A stretch of DNA of 63,899 bases, filler included, from Octopus bimaculoides (lineage: Eukaryota), in the NCBI RefSeq assembly GCF_001194135.2. It is 5 parts of 4 records of this genome, joined end to end, with 100 filler letters (N's around TTAATTAATTAA, not from the genome) between each part and the next. Parts side by side here need not be neighbours in the genome. Positions count along the whole stretch, not along the records: positions 1 to 28,567 come from NC_068990.1; 4 more parts are not named here. One strand, given 5' to 3'. The notes under the pieces are model-generated. The model was not told the DNA's origin and made no database searches. It saw only the letters and a program-made list of their open reading frames with translations. This document shows, one piece after another, positions 1 through 12,479 of the stretch. Each line of letters begins with the position of its first letter. Within the stretch, counting starts at the first letter, position 1. The translations under genes were made by a program, and so were the position numbers.

Positions 1-33
1 AGATAGATAAATAGATAGATAGATAAATAGACG

Positions 34-91
<58 letters not shown>

Positions 92-769
92 GAGACAGAG
101 ACAGACAGACAGATGAAATATTTCTCTGTGCTTCTGGTATTATATATTAATGGTGCTTGGTGCTGTACTCTACTGAGCGATTAAATATTTACTAGTGTTA
201 CTGATATATTTATCCATTGCTCCATGGGGAAAAAGAGACAGAGAGAGGGAAAGAAAGAGGCGGAGGGAGAAAGCGAGAGAAACAAACTGACAGACAGACA
301 GAAAAAGAAAAAGAAAAAGAAAAGAGAGAGATGAAATATATACCAGTGTTACTGTTATTCTTGTTCCGTACTCTACAAAGAGTTATTACTTATTGCTAAA
401 ATATTTATTCAGTACTGTTTTAGCAAAATATATTATTTTTGTCTGAAGAGTAGCAACTCTGTCTGAAACGTTGGGTTTTCCCCCCACTTCTCTTTAATGG
501 TAAAATAATTGATTCTATTTTTGTATAGTTTTTCTACTGACTACTTGCCGACGTTCGACCATCATTACTTTCCTGGGATTCTACTGCTTTTCACTTTGAT
601 GATCAGAAATAGTTGTAGGTAAGGAGTAAAGACGATGGTGTGGGGTGGAAAATTGCTTGTAGGATTGTGAGGCGAAATATTATTGTATTACAACGACTGC
701 CATTTTGGAGGACTGAATACTGGAACTTACTGGCAACATTGACCTGTTTGGAGGACAGGAGATGTAGTG

Positions 770-1800
770 AGGATGATGATGGTGGTTGTGGTGAGGCGAT
801 GGTTGCGCGAGTGTGGTGGTGGTGGTGGTGGTGGTGNNNNNNNNNNNNNNNNNNNNNNNNNNNNNNNNNNNNNNNNNNNNNNNNNNNNNNNNNNNNNNNN
901 NNNNNNNNNNNNNNNNNNNNNNNNNNNNNNNNNNNNNNNNNNNNNNNNNNNNNNNNNNNNNNNNNNNNNNNNNNNNNNNNNNNNNNNNNNNNNNNNNNNN
1001 NNNNNNNNNNNNNNNNNNNNNNNNNNNNNNNNNNNNNNNNNNNNNNNNNNNNNNNNNNNNNNNNNNNNNNNNNNNNNNNNNNNNNNNNNNNNNNNNNNNN
1101 NNNNNNNNNNNNNNNNNNNNNNNNNNNNNNNNNNNNNNNNNNNNNNNNNNNNNNNNNNNNNNNNNNNNNNNNNNNNNNNNNNNNNNNNNNNNNNNNNNNN
1201 NNNNNNNNNNNNNNNNNNNNNNNNNNNNNNNNNNNNNNNNNNNNNNNNNNNNNNNNNNNNNNNNNNNNNNNNNNNNNNNNNNNNNNNNNNNNNNNNNNNN
1301 NNNNNNNNNNNNNNNNNNNNNNNNNNNNNNNNNNNNNNNNNNNNNNNNNNNNNNNNNNNNNNNNNNNNNNNNNNNNNNNNNNNNNNNNNNNNNNNNNNNN
1401 NNNNNNNNNNNNNNNNNNNNNNNNNNNNNNNNNNNNNNNNNNNNNNNNNNNNNNNNNNNNNNNNNNNNNNNNNNNNNNNNNNNNNNNNNNNNNNNNNNNN
1501 NNNNNNNNNNNNNNNNNNNNNNNNNNNNNNNNNNNNNNNNNNNNNNNNNNNNNNNNNNNNNNNNNNNNNNNNNNNNNNNNNNNNNNNNNNNNNNNNNNNN
1601 NNNNNNNNNNNNNNNNNNNNNNNNNNNNNNNNNNNNNNNNNNNNNNNNNNNNNNNNNNNNNNNNNNNNNNNNNNNNNNNNNNNNNNNNNNNNNGTGGTGG
1701 TGGTGGTGGTGGTGGTGGTGCTGCTGCTGCTGCTGCGGGGATGATGATGACCATGGTGATGATGCTGATGATCATGACGATGATCATGATAAGGAAAAGG
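770..1800 (+). repeat. (GGT)n/(GAT)n trinucleotide repeats flanking an assembly gap
   Basis: Trinucleotide runs on both sides of N 837-1693; source of spurious poly-G/W/H/M ORFs. Confidence 0.9.
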
Positions 1801-2011
1801 AGGAAAAGGAGGAAGTAAAGGAGATTATGATGAGAATAATAAAGGCAGTAATAATAGTGATGATGGTGGTAAGTATGATGGCGAAGAAGCTGCCGCAGAT
1901 GATGATGATTACGACAATGACAATGCCATGATTATAATAATAACGGTAGCGATGGCGATGAGCAGAGACAAGGCTAGACTAGGCACGAATAGGATGCAAA
2001 TGCTATAGATA

Positions 2012-2140
2012 TTTTGTATATGGACGATTTCATGTTGCATACTGCAGTTGGGAGACAACTAGAAACACTGCTACAAATAGTATACGGAATTATTAGATGG
2101 CTTGATATGAGTTTTGGATAATAAAGCGGCATTTGCACTG
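2012..2140 (+). mobile_element. R4/Dong-like LINE RT fragment
   Basis: LYMDDFMLHTAVGRQLETLLQIVYGIIRWLDMSFG** resembles the LYMDDLKL...L..V..FS.DIGM.FG RT motif. Confidence 0.55.
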
Positions 2141-2181
2141 TGGACAGCTGGATCTGGAACGATGATGTGCATATGTATTCT

Positions 2182-2316
2182 TAATACGTTCCGGCAGATC
2201 CGAATGCAATGAACCGAGTGTGTTATGAACGCGCGTCGCCGTAAAAAGAAATTGTTCGCATGTGACGTACACAGCAGCGATTAGCATTTACGCGTCCGAA
2301 TCTGCGGAACGTATTA
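2182..2316. mobile_element. Short MITE with ~26-bp TIRs (TA or TTAA target)
   Basis: TAATACGTTCCGGCAGATCCGAATGC versus the reverse complement of GCGTCCGAATCTGCGGAACGTATTA. Confidence 0.55.
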
Positions 2317-3085
2317 CGTCGCCAAAATATTTTGAGTAAGGATAAATATAGAACGTTCATAAAATTTTAATTTGCATTTCTCATAAACTGGAAAAGTTAA
2401 AACATGACCAATTCACTAGTCTCTATTTTACTAGATAACTTAAGCAAACAGTGGAATAGACAGGAGCGAGGATGATGTAAATAAACAACATGCGATCAAA
2501 TTTATGCCAACATTAACACGATATTTGTGACTCTAAATAGGAGAACAATACAATTGACAATCTTCTAAACAAAGCTATTTTAGTTTATAATATTTTTTGA
2601 GAATCACTCGCTGTCTTTCTTTGAAGCACGTAATGTATTTTTACAAAAAAAATGATACTGAAATTTAGACAAGTTATTTTAGAGAATCTTTTTTATTGAC
2701 ATATCAGTTTCGTAGCAGCCATCTACGTTTCTGTTGTTAAAGTAATGTCTCATCTTTGTCTCAGTTTGCCTTCTTTTGCGCTTATTCATCTCTTTTTGTT
2801 TTGGTTGTTTGCGTTTTTGTTTCATGCAAAATGATTTATTCTTTTATTGTTAGATTCTTTAACGTGTTTCAGTCATTGGACTGCGGCAATGCTGGAGCAA
2901 CCCCTTTGAAGAGTTTTGCTGTTGCGGTGATGACGTGTATGTACCCGAGTTCTTGAAGGTCGTTTTCCAGTACGAATAACGATGAAGTTCAAAAGTAGCT
3001 GTAACAACAAACTGTGCCTCTTCGCGTGAGCAGGTTTTATCTCTCTAAAATAGGACCAATGTAACTAGATTCTAGTTTTGATATG

Positions 3086-3944
3086 CCGTAGTCTCTCGAC
3101 TATCGCGGGTGTTACGTTCCAACACCCCACGCCATAGGTGAAAATCCGCGAAGTAGAAACAGTGCTGTACTGGCATTTACTCTTTTACTCTTTTACTTGT
3201 TTCAGTCATTTGACTGCGACCATGCTGGAGCACCGCCTTTTTAGTCGAGCAAATCGACCCCCAGGACTTATTCTTTGCAAGCCTAGTACTTATTCTATCG
3301 GTCTCTTTTGCCGAACCGCTAAGTTATGGAGACCTAAACACACCAGCATCAGTTGTCAAGCGATGNNNNNNNNNNATATATATATATATATATACGACGG
3401 GCTTCTTTCAGTTTCCGTCTACCAAATCCACTCACAAGGCTTTGGTCGGCCCGAGGCTATAGTAGAAGACACTTGCCCAAGGTGCCACGCAGTGAGACTG
3501 AACCTAAAACTATGTGGTTGGTAAGCAAGCTACTTACCACGCAGCCACTCCTACGCCTATGTTTGTATATAGTTATTTTATTATCAATGCAAAACAACAC
3601 AACACACTCGCCTCCTGCGTTTCGTTTTCCATTAGTATGTGCGATTCTTTGTTTACTCATCTACGGTACATTACGTATTTTCTTTTGATATATTTTAAGT
3701 AATGTGTTATACAGGTCAGTACTGTACTGTATTTTTATTCATTAATTTATTAATTTTTAGGTGTGAAAATGCTTAGTTTACCACATAAATAATTAAAATC
3801 TAAAAACAATAGAAATACCTATCGACCGCAGAAACCCACGATATACTGAGGAGTCCGCGATATAAATTTACATATATTAGGCAGAAAAATCCGCGATGTA
3901 ATGAGGGCGCGATGGGTGAACCGCGATATGGCGAGTGATTACTG
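3086..3944. mobile_element. Tigger/pogo-like MITE interrupted by a SINE (3180-3560)
   Basis: Degenerate TIRs CCGTAGTCTCTCGACTATCGCGG and CCGCGATATGGCGAGTGATTACTG(TA). A related terminal sequence occurs at 15632-15712. Confidence 0.6.
3180..3560 (-). mobile_element. Bipartite SINE family B (tRNA-like head, CORE-like ccttgggcaagt, internal microsatellite, 3' tail)
   Basis: Multi-copy in the window: 23625-24020 (+), 29745-30045 (-), 38970-39700 (-), 41385-41500, 42045-42120, 42780-43710 (four copies), 45895-46265, 59095-59245, 62050-62145. Confidence 0.85.
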
Positions 3945-4482
3945 TACATTCATTCAATAGACTTCAGCAGAGAAAATCTGTAGTAAAACCGCTCTGATTA
4001 CTCTACACATCGAAGATAAATTGTTTCTATAATTATTCGTAATTATCCAGAAATGCTATGTAATGCATTATTAATTATATAATTATATCATTGATGAATA
4101 AATCATGTTGTTATTGAATACAGTTATGCAAATTAGACAAACCAGTTTAACTGTATCGCAGATTGTATACACTATAAATAGCAACACCTACTCACCAAAT
4201 CACGTTGTTATTGCAAACAGTTATCCATGTTAAAAAGACCAGATTGTATACTTTGTAAATAACTATACCTCCTCATCTCTTCGTGGACAAAAGAAGATAT
4301 TATTTTCACTGAATGAAACTCCAACAAGAATAAAATTTGTCAGCTCTATATCATTTTCTTCTGGCAATAGTGAAACTAAAATTATTTCCTTATTAAAAAA
4401 AAAAAACGTTGTAACTTACGTTGCATTTCAAATAATCGCTCCAAAAATGTTATGTACATAATTAATTAATATGCGTGTGTAA

Positions 4483-4525
<43 letters not shown>

Positions 4526-4803
4526 TCCATATAGGCATACATATATGCATACATATATACATACATATATATGTGTGTGTNNNNNNNNNNNNNNNNNNNN
4601 NNNNNNNNNNNNNNNNNNNNNNNNNNNNNNNNNNNNNNNNNNNNNNNNNNNNNNNNNNNNNNNNNNNNNNNNNNNNNNNNNNNNNNNNNNNNNNNNNNNN
4701 NNNNNNNNNNNNNNNNNNNNNNNNNNNNNNNNNNNNNNNNNNATATATACACACACATATATATGTATGTATATATGTATGCATATATGTATGCCTATAT
4801 GGA

Positions 4804-4843
<40 letters not shown>

Positions 4844-5470
4844 CGCACACATGCAAATATGCATGCATATACATATATTTACATGTGTATGTGGACGTAT
4901 ATTTATACATATATATATGTGTATGTATGTATGTATGTATGTATACACACACACACATATACATATACGTACGTATATATTTACATACGCTTCTACCCAT
5001 TCGCATATTGCCTGGGGCATATACAGACTCCAATGTCCCCTCTTTTTGCCATTATTTATCTTTTATCAAACGACATACTACAGGGATATATTCTGAAAAG
5101 AAAGGTTTTTTGTTGTTTTTTTATATTTCCTTTATTCATCTAGTTATTCTTGGAGAATATTGCCGAGAGCCAGGAATTCAGACAGTGAGGCAAGCAGGCA
5201 AACAGGCAGACAGGCAGGTAAACAAAAACGAGGCATTAGGATCTGCGAGGTTGGGGGCTCCGTCGTATTCAGATGGTGGTGTCTATTAGTTAACTAATTT
5301 TACTCTGCTACATTGTCGCGATGATGATGCTGCTAGTAATGACGATGATGATGATGATGATGATGATGATNNNNNNNNNNNNNNNNNNNNNNNNNNNNNN
5401 NNNNNNNNNNNNNNNNNNNNNNNNNNNNNNNNNNNNNNNNNNNNNNNNNNNNNNNNNNNNNNNNNNNNNN

Positions 5471-5515
<45 letters not shown>

Positions 5516-5579
5516 TAACCCGCTGCTGCCTCATTGAACACACTTGGTGCGAAACTCAGAGTTACAACAGTGAGAATTA

Positions 5580-6111
5580 TCACAGGCACTTGACGTAGGC
5601 TTCCGTGTTGAGTCTGAGGTAGTGTTGGGAAGATGAATGGAGACATAACGTGGCCGTCACTAGTGATCACTCTAAACACAATAATGTTGACTGGATGTTT
5701 GATTTTTATCACTCTCAGGACATGTTTTGGGAATACGGTAAGCCAACGGTTGTTCTGTATGTTCAGCATCTGATTCTGGTAGCAATTTTTCTCGTCTGAG
5801 AAAAACCAAAGCATGTTCGGTTGGAGGGGATGCTTGAGTTTGTTCAAAAGCTTCGTAGTGTAGTCTTTCCTCCTGTCTTTAATGGCTTGGGATAAAAACT
5901 AACCCTTTCTCATCTGGTATGAGGAATATCGAATGTCTTCATGCACTACCTTGCATGATATCAAACTCAGACACTCCCATATCCCTGGCGATCGACCTGA
6001 TTGGTTTGGAAGGATCGTTGTTAATCATGGCCTGGATCTCACTAACAAATTCAGGAGTTCTTTTCTTATTAGAGCGATCAGTATGTGTTTTCCGAACTAC
6101 CGTACCTCCGT
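5580..6111 (-). mobile_element. Tc1/mariner transposase relic (DD37D/maT-like)
   Basis: RKTHTDRSNKKRTPEFVSEIQAMINNDPSKPIRSIARDMGVSE (HTH) and WFFSDEKN..Q.Q..N.QNNRW...HPVNIIVFRVITSDGHVMSPFIFP (first catalytic D); frameshifted and cut by a gap. Confidence 0.75.
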
Positions 6112-7073
6112 NNNNNNNNNNNNNNNNNNNNNNNNNNNNNNNNNNNNNNNNNNNNNNNNNNNNNNNNNNNNNNNNNNNNNNNNNNNNNNNNNNNNNNNNN
6201 NNNNNNNNNNNNNNNNNNNNNNNNNNNNNNNNNNNNNNNNNNNNNNNNNNNNNNNNNNNNNNNNNNNNNNNNNNNNNNNNNNNNNNNNNNNNNNNNNNNN
6301 NNNNNNNNNNNNNNNNNNNNNNNNNNNNNNNNNNNNNNNNNNNNNNNNNNNNNNNNNNNNNNNNNNNNNNNNNNNNNNNNNNNNNNNNNNNNNNNNNNNN
6401 NNNNNNNNNNNNNNNNNNNNNNNNNNNNNNNNNNNNNNNNNNNNNNNNNNNNNNNNNNNNNNNNNNNNNNNNNNNNNNNNNNNNNNNNNNNNNNNNNNNN
6501 NNNNNNNNNNNNNNNNNNNNNNNNNNNNNNNNNNNNNNNNNNNNNNNNNNNNNNNNNNNNNNNNNNNNNNNNNNNNNNNNNNNNNNNNNNNNNNNNNNNN
6601 NNNNNNNNNNNNNNNNNNNNNNNNNNNNNNNNNNNNNNNNNNNNNNNNNNNNNNNNNNNNNNNNNNNNNNNNNNNNNNNNNNNNNNNNNNNNNNNNNNNN
6701 NNNNNNNNNNNNNNNNNNNNNNNNNNNNNNNNNNNNNNNNNNNNNNNNNNNNNNNNNNNNNNNNNNNNNNNNNNNNNNNNNNNNNNNNNNNNNNNNNNNN
6801 NNNNNNNNNNNNNNNNNNNNNNNNNNGTGTGTGTGTGTGTTTGTGTGAGTGTGTGAGTGTGCATATAAACATATAACAAGGTTTTCATATGACATACGGT
6901 TGTCTTAATACATAATACGCAAGAAACCAGGCATACACATATTGCAATATCCACAATTATAGATACGTACACATAAAAACACACATATCGGTATATATAT
7001 CTGTACATTGAAACACACAAACACACATAAATAATTGCAATCAAGAAGTCGAAAACGAGCACTCGAGATTGCA

Positions 7074-7119
<46 letters not shown>

Positions 7120-7419
7120 CAGACAAAGATTCGCAGATACTCCTAGATACACGTACACAATAGCTAGCATCTGGCTGACTGTTTTACTTATACCGGAGGG
7201 CAGCCCCCGAGTTGTTCTTTGAAAGTAATTTTGGAACAGCCAAGTGGAAAGGAACTAATTCAATCTTGTCTTGTGCTGTAGTGTAACTCGCGTATACACT
7301 AACACACACACACACACATACTCACACACACTAACACATACACACAAATTTATTTGTGTATGTCTGTATGTGTTTGTGTGCGTGCGTACATACATATATA
7401 TGTATATATATATGTATAC

Positions 7420-7453
<34 letters not shown>

Positions 7454-7535
7454 TATTTACATACATACACATGTCTATATATATATGTATCTATTCACAT
7501 TCACACACACATATATATACATATACATATATGTC

Positions 7536-7566
<31 letters not shown>

Positions 7567-9514
7567 TCTGCCTAAACCCAGCCGACTCCAAGTATGGACG
7601 TTTCTTTTTCAGTATTCAAAATATATTAGTACGCCCTTCTAAGTTAATCTTCTTTCTTGTGGAATACTTCTGCCCACCCCCACCTCTCTCTCCCTATCCC
7701 TCTCTCTCTCCCTATCCCTCTCTCTCACCCTATCTCTCTCTCTCTCCCTCTCCTTCTCCCCCTCTCTCTCTCCCTCTCCTTCTCCCCCCCCTCTCTCTCT
7801 TACTTTTTTTAATCCTTTATAGTACTTTTATATGCTATATTGGTAAGCACAAGACAATCCTTCGCAACCACGATGTCGTAGGCTGAAGCCCACAGCGTGG
7901 CAGCATCTGAGGGTAGATATCATATTCTTTAACCGTTGGGGATTCCTGCCTTATGAGTGAAAATGTATTGAGTAGTGGAAACTGTATAGAAACCTTTCAT
8001 ATGGATAATATCATTATATCTATAATTCAAATGTCCAACACAGTCACATATTCTGTCCTACTGATTCTGCCTGAAGATTACTCAGATTACACATGTCTGT
8101 GGAATACTCAGCCACTATACGTTAATCCAGGAAAGGATAATTCCGTTGATCGACTAGTTTGCAGCTTATCTTTTAACAACAATGCAATATGTGTTACATA
8201 TCATTCCTCTTTCTGTATTTAATTCCTTATTATCTCTTAATATTTTCAAGTTCATAGCACTGTGTCAATGGACATCTTGGTGAATTCGGACATCTAATAT
8301 GACAGAACGACAAAAAACATAACCAAAAACAAATAACTGAATTCTATGCACCTTTTTCCTTATAATTCTTTAGTTTCAGATTCGAATTTCTAATCCCACC
8401 AATTATTATGAAGAAAGGGATCCACACGTGTTTGACCACCAAAGTAAATGAGTCTAATACAAAATAAGACGGATACATTAAACAAGAAATGATATTAACA
8501 AACTTTTAATCGTACCTTTTGTCTTGGTTTCTCCCTCGGTTTCATTCCTTCCCTTCCATTATTTTTCTCCTCAACTCTTTCTCTCCTATCTCTGTCTATC
8601 TCCTCTCTCTTTCTCCCTCTCTTTTCTTGCTATATCTAATTTCCTCGTTCATTATATAACTATTTCCTTTTTTTCCTATTGCAGTTTTCTTTTTCTCCCT
8701 TACTTTTCCACACTTAATTCCATCTTATTGTTTTACTTTCATTGTCTTGGAAACTTTTATCTTTTGTCTAATCTTCATTCTTAATTTCTTTTTCCTTTTT
8801 TTTTTCTTTTTGGAATCTATTCGGTCTTTCTCCTAAGAATGTCTTCGTTTTGTGAGATGGTTTAGTTTCTTCCACAGAAGAGACATTTGACACATCTTGA
8901 TCAAACACAGACACAAACACATACAAGCTTACATACATACATACATACATACATAAATAAATAAACGCATACATACACATATACATTTATGTATGTATCT
9001 CTGTGTGCGTGTGTGTGCGTGTGTGCGCGTGTGTGCCTTTTTGTGTATTGCTAAATTACTATCGCTCTATGAAAAAGAAACACATACACATTCCTCAAAT
9101 TTCCTTCAGACTAATCATTTCTATCTTAATGAAATGTCTCACTTCGTAAAATGTTTAATCAATAAATTGCAGTTATCATGCTGATGATTTCTAAAAATAA
9201 TGAAATGGTGCTATACATAATTACAACAGACTATAAATTTTGAGAAATTAGTAATAAGTGAACAAAAAGATTAATGTGTGAATTATATATATCGTTTCCC
9301 TTCTAATTCCTTAATATCAAATTCAAATTCCTAATCTCGCCAAATATTAAGAAATGATGTATTAGTTTAACGCTCGGGAAGTGAAGAAGTCTTTAACGTT
9401 TCGAGCCTACGCTCTTCCACAGAAAGGAACACAGAAAGAAACAAGGAGAGAAAATAAAGAATGTGTAGTGGCTAGCGATCTATCATGTATATATATATAT
9501 ATATATACAGTACA

Positions 9515-9867
9515 AATAGTTTTAAGCATGGAGGCTGGAGATTCCAAAGAACAGATATAGGTAGTCCAGTTTAAATAAATAGGTAGTGATGTTCCAACGG
9601 CTGTTTCAGGAGTACAAAAATCCATAGATTTGAGATATTCTAATCCAAATATTAGATACTGCTTCCTTCATCAGGGAAAAAACACTATTTAGGATTCACA
9701 TTTCCTGATGAAGGATGCAGTATCTAATATTTGGATTGGAATACCCTCCGATCTGTGGATTACTGTAACCCTGAAACGGCCGCTGGAGCACCACTATCTA
9801 ATTATTTAAACTGGATTACCTATATCTGTCCTTTGGAAACCCCAACCTCTATGCTTAAAACTTTATT
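9515..9867. repeat. Long inverted repeat (~165-bp arms, ~20-nt loop), each arm carrying a hammerhead-like motif
   Basis: Arms 9515-9680 and 9701-9867 align as reverse complements over their full length with scattered substitutions. CTGATGA...GAAAC is present on each arm. Confidence 0.85.
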
Positions 9868-10527
9868 CATTCACTTTCTCGTAATAATTTATATTTTTAT
9901 TCTTTAATATTTTTAACATCGTTTTAAATCTATTAACAGAATAGGAGTTCGAGATGTTTATATATAATTTTACACATCAACATTTTTATATCTCAATTGG
10001 ATTTTTCTACCCATATATGTATATTATATTTTTATATATTTATATATTCACAAATTTTGATAACTGATAATAACTGATGGCTGAATATATGTTTATATAA
10101 ATTGTTAAACCTACTTGAATTCTCCTCTTAAATATCATTTAAATATACATATATGTAATTTTCTGATTCTATACGTATGCACGAGAATAACAGCCACAAA
10201 TTGTGCAGCTCCGATTTTTCTATACTTCTCTACAATAGCGTATAGAATCTGTAATAAGTTATAACGAATGCTGAGCGCAAGGAGTATTAAAAAGTATATT
10301 TGCACTGAGTATTTATAACTGCCGTATGATGTGAAATTTTTGAAATACCAATTATATTCTTCATCTTCTCTTCTTTCTATTGCCCTCGCGCACATCTCCG
10401 TACCCACACACATATGTATATGTTCTGGCACTCCGTCGCTTACGACGTCGAGGGTTCCAGTTGATCCGATCAACGGAACAGCCTGCTCGTGAAATTTAGT
10501 TCACCTGTGAACTAAACTCCCATACTT

Positions 10528-10597
<70 letters not shown>

Positions 10598-11975
10598 CAT
10601 TAGCATGCTGGGAAAATGCTTAGCGGAATCTCACCTGTCTTCGTTCTCGGTTCAAGTTCTGCCGAGATCTCTTTGCCTTCTATTTATTTCGGGGTCGATA
10701 AAATAAGTACGTTGAACAATGGGGGTTGATGTAATCGACTTACCCAGTTCCCGAAATTGCTGGCCTTACGCTAAAATTTGAAACCAATGTATGTATATGT
10801 ATGTATATGCATGTGTACATGCATATACATACATACATACATACATACATACGTACACACATGGAGACTCTACTCCATCTGATCTCTCATCTATCTATCG
10901 ATCTATCTATCTATCCAATCGACTTTCCATATTATCAAAGGTGTTCTGTAAAGTACTGACTATGCAGGTAGATAAAGGTTTCTTTCAGTGAAATGGTAAA
11001 TGAAGTGCCTTTATATGTTTTCTTTCCACAACACCTGCTTTCCCTGAAAATTAATGACTTATGTCGTCATCGTCTAACGTTACCTACATTCGTGTACACT
11101 TAGCTGCCATGTATGAATAAAATTGCGCGTGATCGATTTTTTTATGTCTGGCTCTATTTGTTGCGTTAACGCGTAAAATGAAAATCTGTTTCGTTGTCGT
11201 GGAAATGGCCCTCCTGCTGATCTAATAATAATGCAAAATGTACCGACTGCTTGGTGGACTATGGCCTGATGTTCAACAAGATTGATCTGGTACCGCCTAC
11301 TAATAGCTTGCTAAACCGAATTAGTGGACGCTATTCTGAAGCAAAACCTGATCGATCTGCTACATAATCCAAATAACTTGGTAAGGATAATTTTAATTCT
11401 AGTCTGAGGTCGAACCAAATTAATATGGCACCTATATCCGACAACTATGTAACCCAAACAGGTAACCCAAACAGGGATCTCAGGATTGAGGAAGAACCGT
11501 ATGATGCCGGAGCCTCCTGGAGCTTTAGGTGTTTTCGCTCAATAAACACTTACAACGCCCGGTCTGGGAATCGAAACCACGATCCTATGACCGCGAGTCC
11601 GCTGCCCTAACCACTGGGCCACTGGGCCATTGCGCCTCCTCATTTCGAAGTTTATATAAATATTTAAGAACGTAAATATGTATGTATGTGTATGTATAGA
11701 TGCGTTTGAGGAAATGGTTGTAACCTCGATTAGAAATTAAATCACGAACTCGAAATTCCAGGGTTCATGTATTCACTAAAGCCTTTGCTCCTACCAAAAA
11801 TTTCCATGAGGATGTGAATTAGAAATTCGTAGTCACTGCATCATTTTACAGATTAAATCATTATTTCTTACATTAGAAATATATATTCATTTCAAATGTT
11901 GGCACAAGGCCAGTAATTTCGGGGGCAAGGGTAAGTTGATTAAATTGACCATAGTGACCACATCTCTCTGCCTTC

Positions 11976-12034
<59 letters not shown>

Positions 12035-12190
12035 CACTATGTAGAAATCCAAATATATGGTACCCTAGGCATAACACCTACATGAACTTCTAACTTGTCT
12101 CTTGAGGTCTCTGGGTGAGACTTGGATCCAACTTGTACAAATGCAAAGCAAAAGTCAAACATAAAATAATAATAATAATAATAATAATAT
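12035..12190 (+). mobile_element. Probable 3' terminus of an R4/Dong-like LINE within (TAA)n
   Basis: Unique 3'-UTR-like segment ending ...agtcaaacataaaa(taa)n, preceded by a long (TAA)n. Dong/R4 elements are known to target TAA repeats. Confidence 0.45.
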
Positions 12191-12419
12191 TAATGGTTTC
12201 AAATTTTGGCACAAGGCCAGCAATTTTGGTTGGGGCGTAAATCGATTACATCGATTCCTGTACACAACTGGTGCTTATTTTATCGCCCTTGAAAGGGATA
12301 AAAAGTAGAGTCGACCTCGGCGGAATTTAAACTGAGAACGTAAAGACGGACGAAATACCGCTTAGAATTTTGCTCTGCGTGCTTAACGATTCTGCTAGCT
12401 CACCGCCTTGCGCGCACGT

Positions 12420-12479
<60 letters not shown>

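Noticed and set aside
440-480. CTGAAGA...GAAACGTT hammerhead-like string; a similar degenerate one lies at 8840-8880 (-)
   Set aside because: Stem II and/or stem I do not pair convincingly; at best decayed relics.
603-1931. Long ORFs of 300-400 aa spanning N runs (also 5919-7170, 19416-20611, 22312-23203, 43456-44564, 50260-50877, 51750-53045)
   Set aside because: They are open only because N codons contain no stops; the flanks are microsatellite translations.
4080-4280. ~100-bp imperfect tandem duplication
   Set aside because: Only two diverged AT-rich copies with no further structure; ordinary local duplication.
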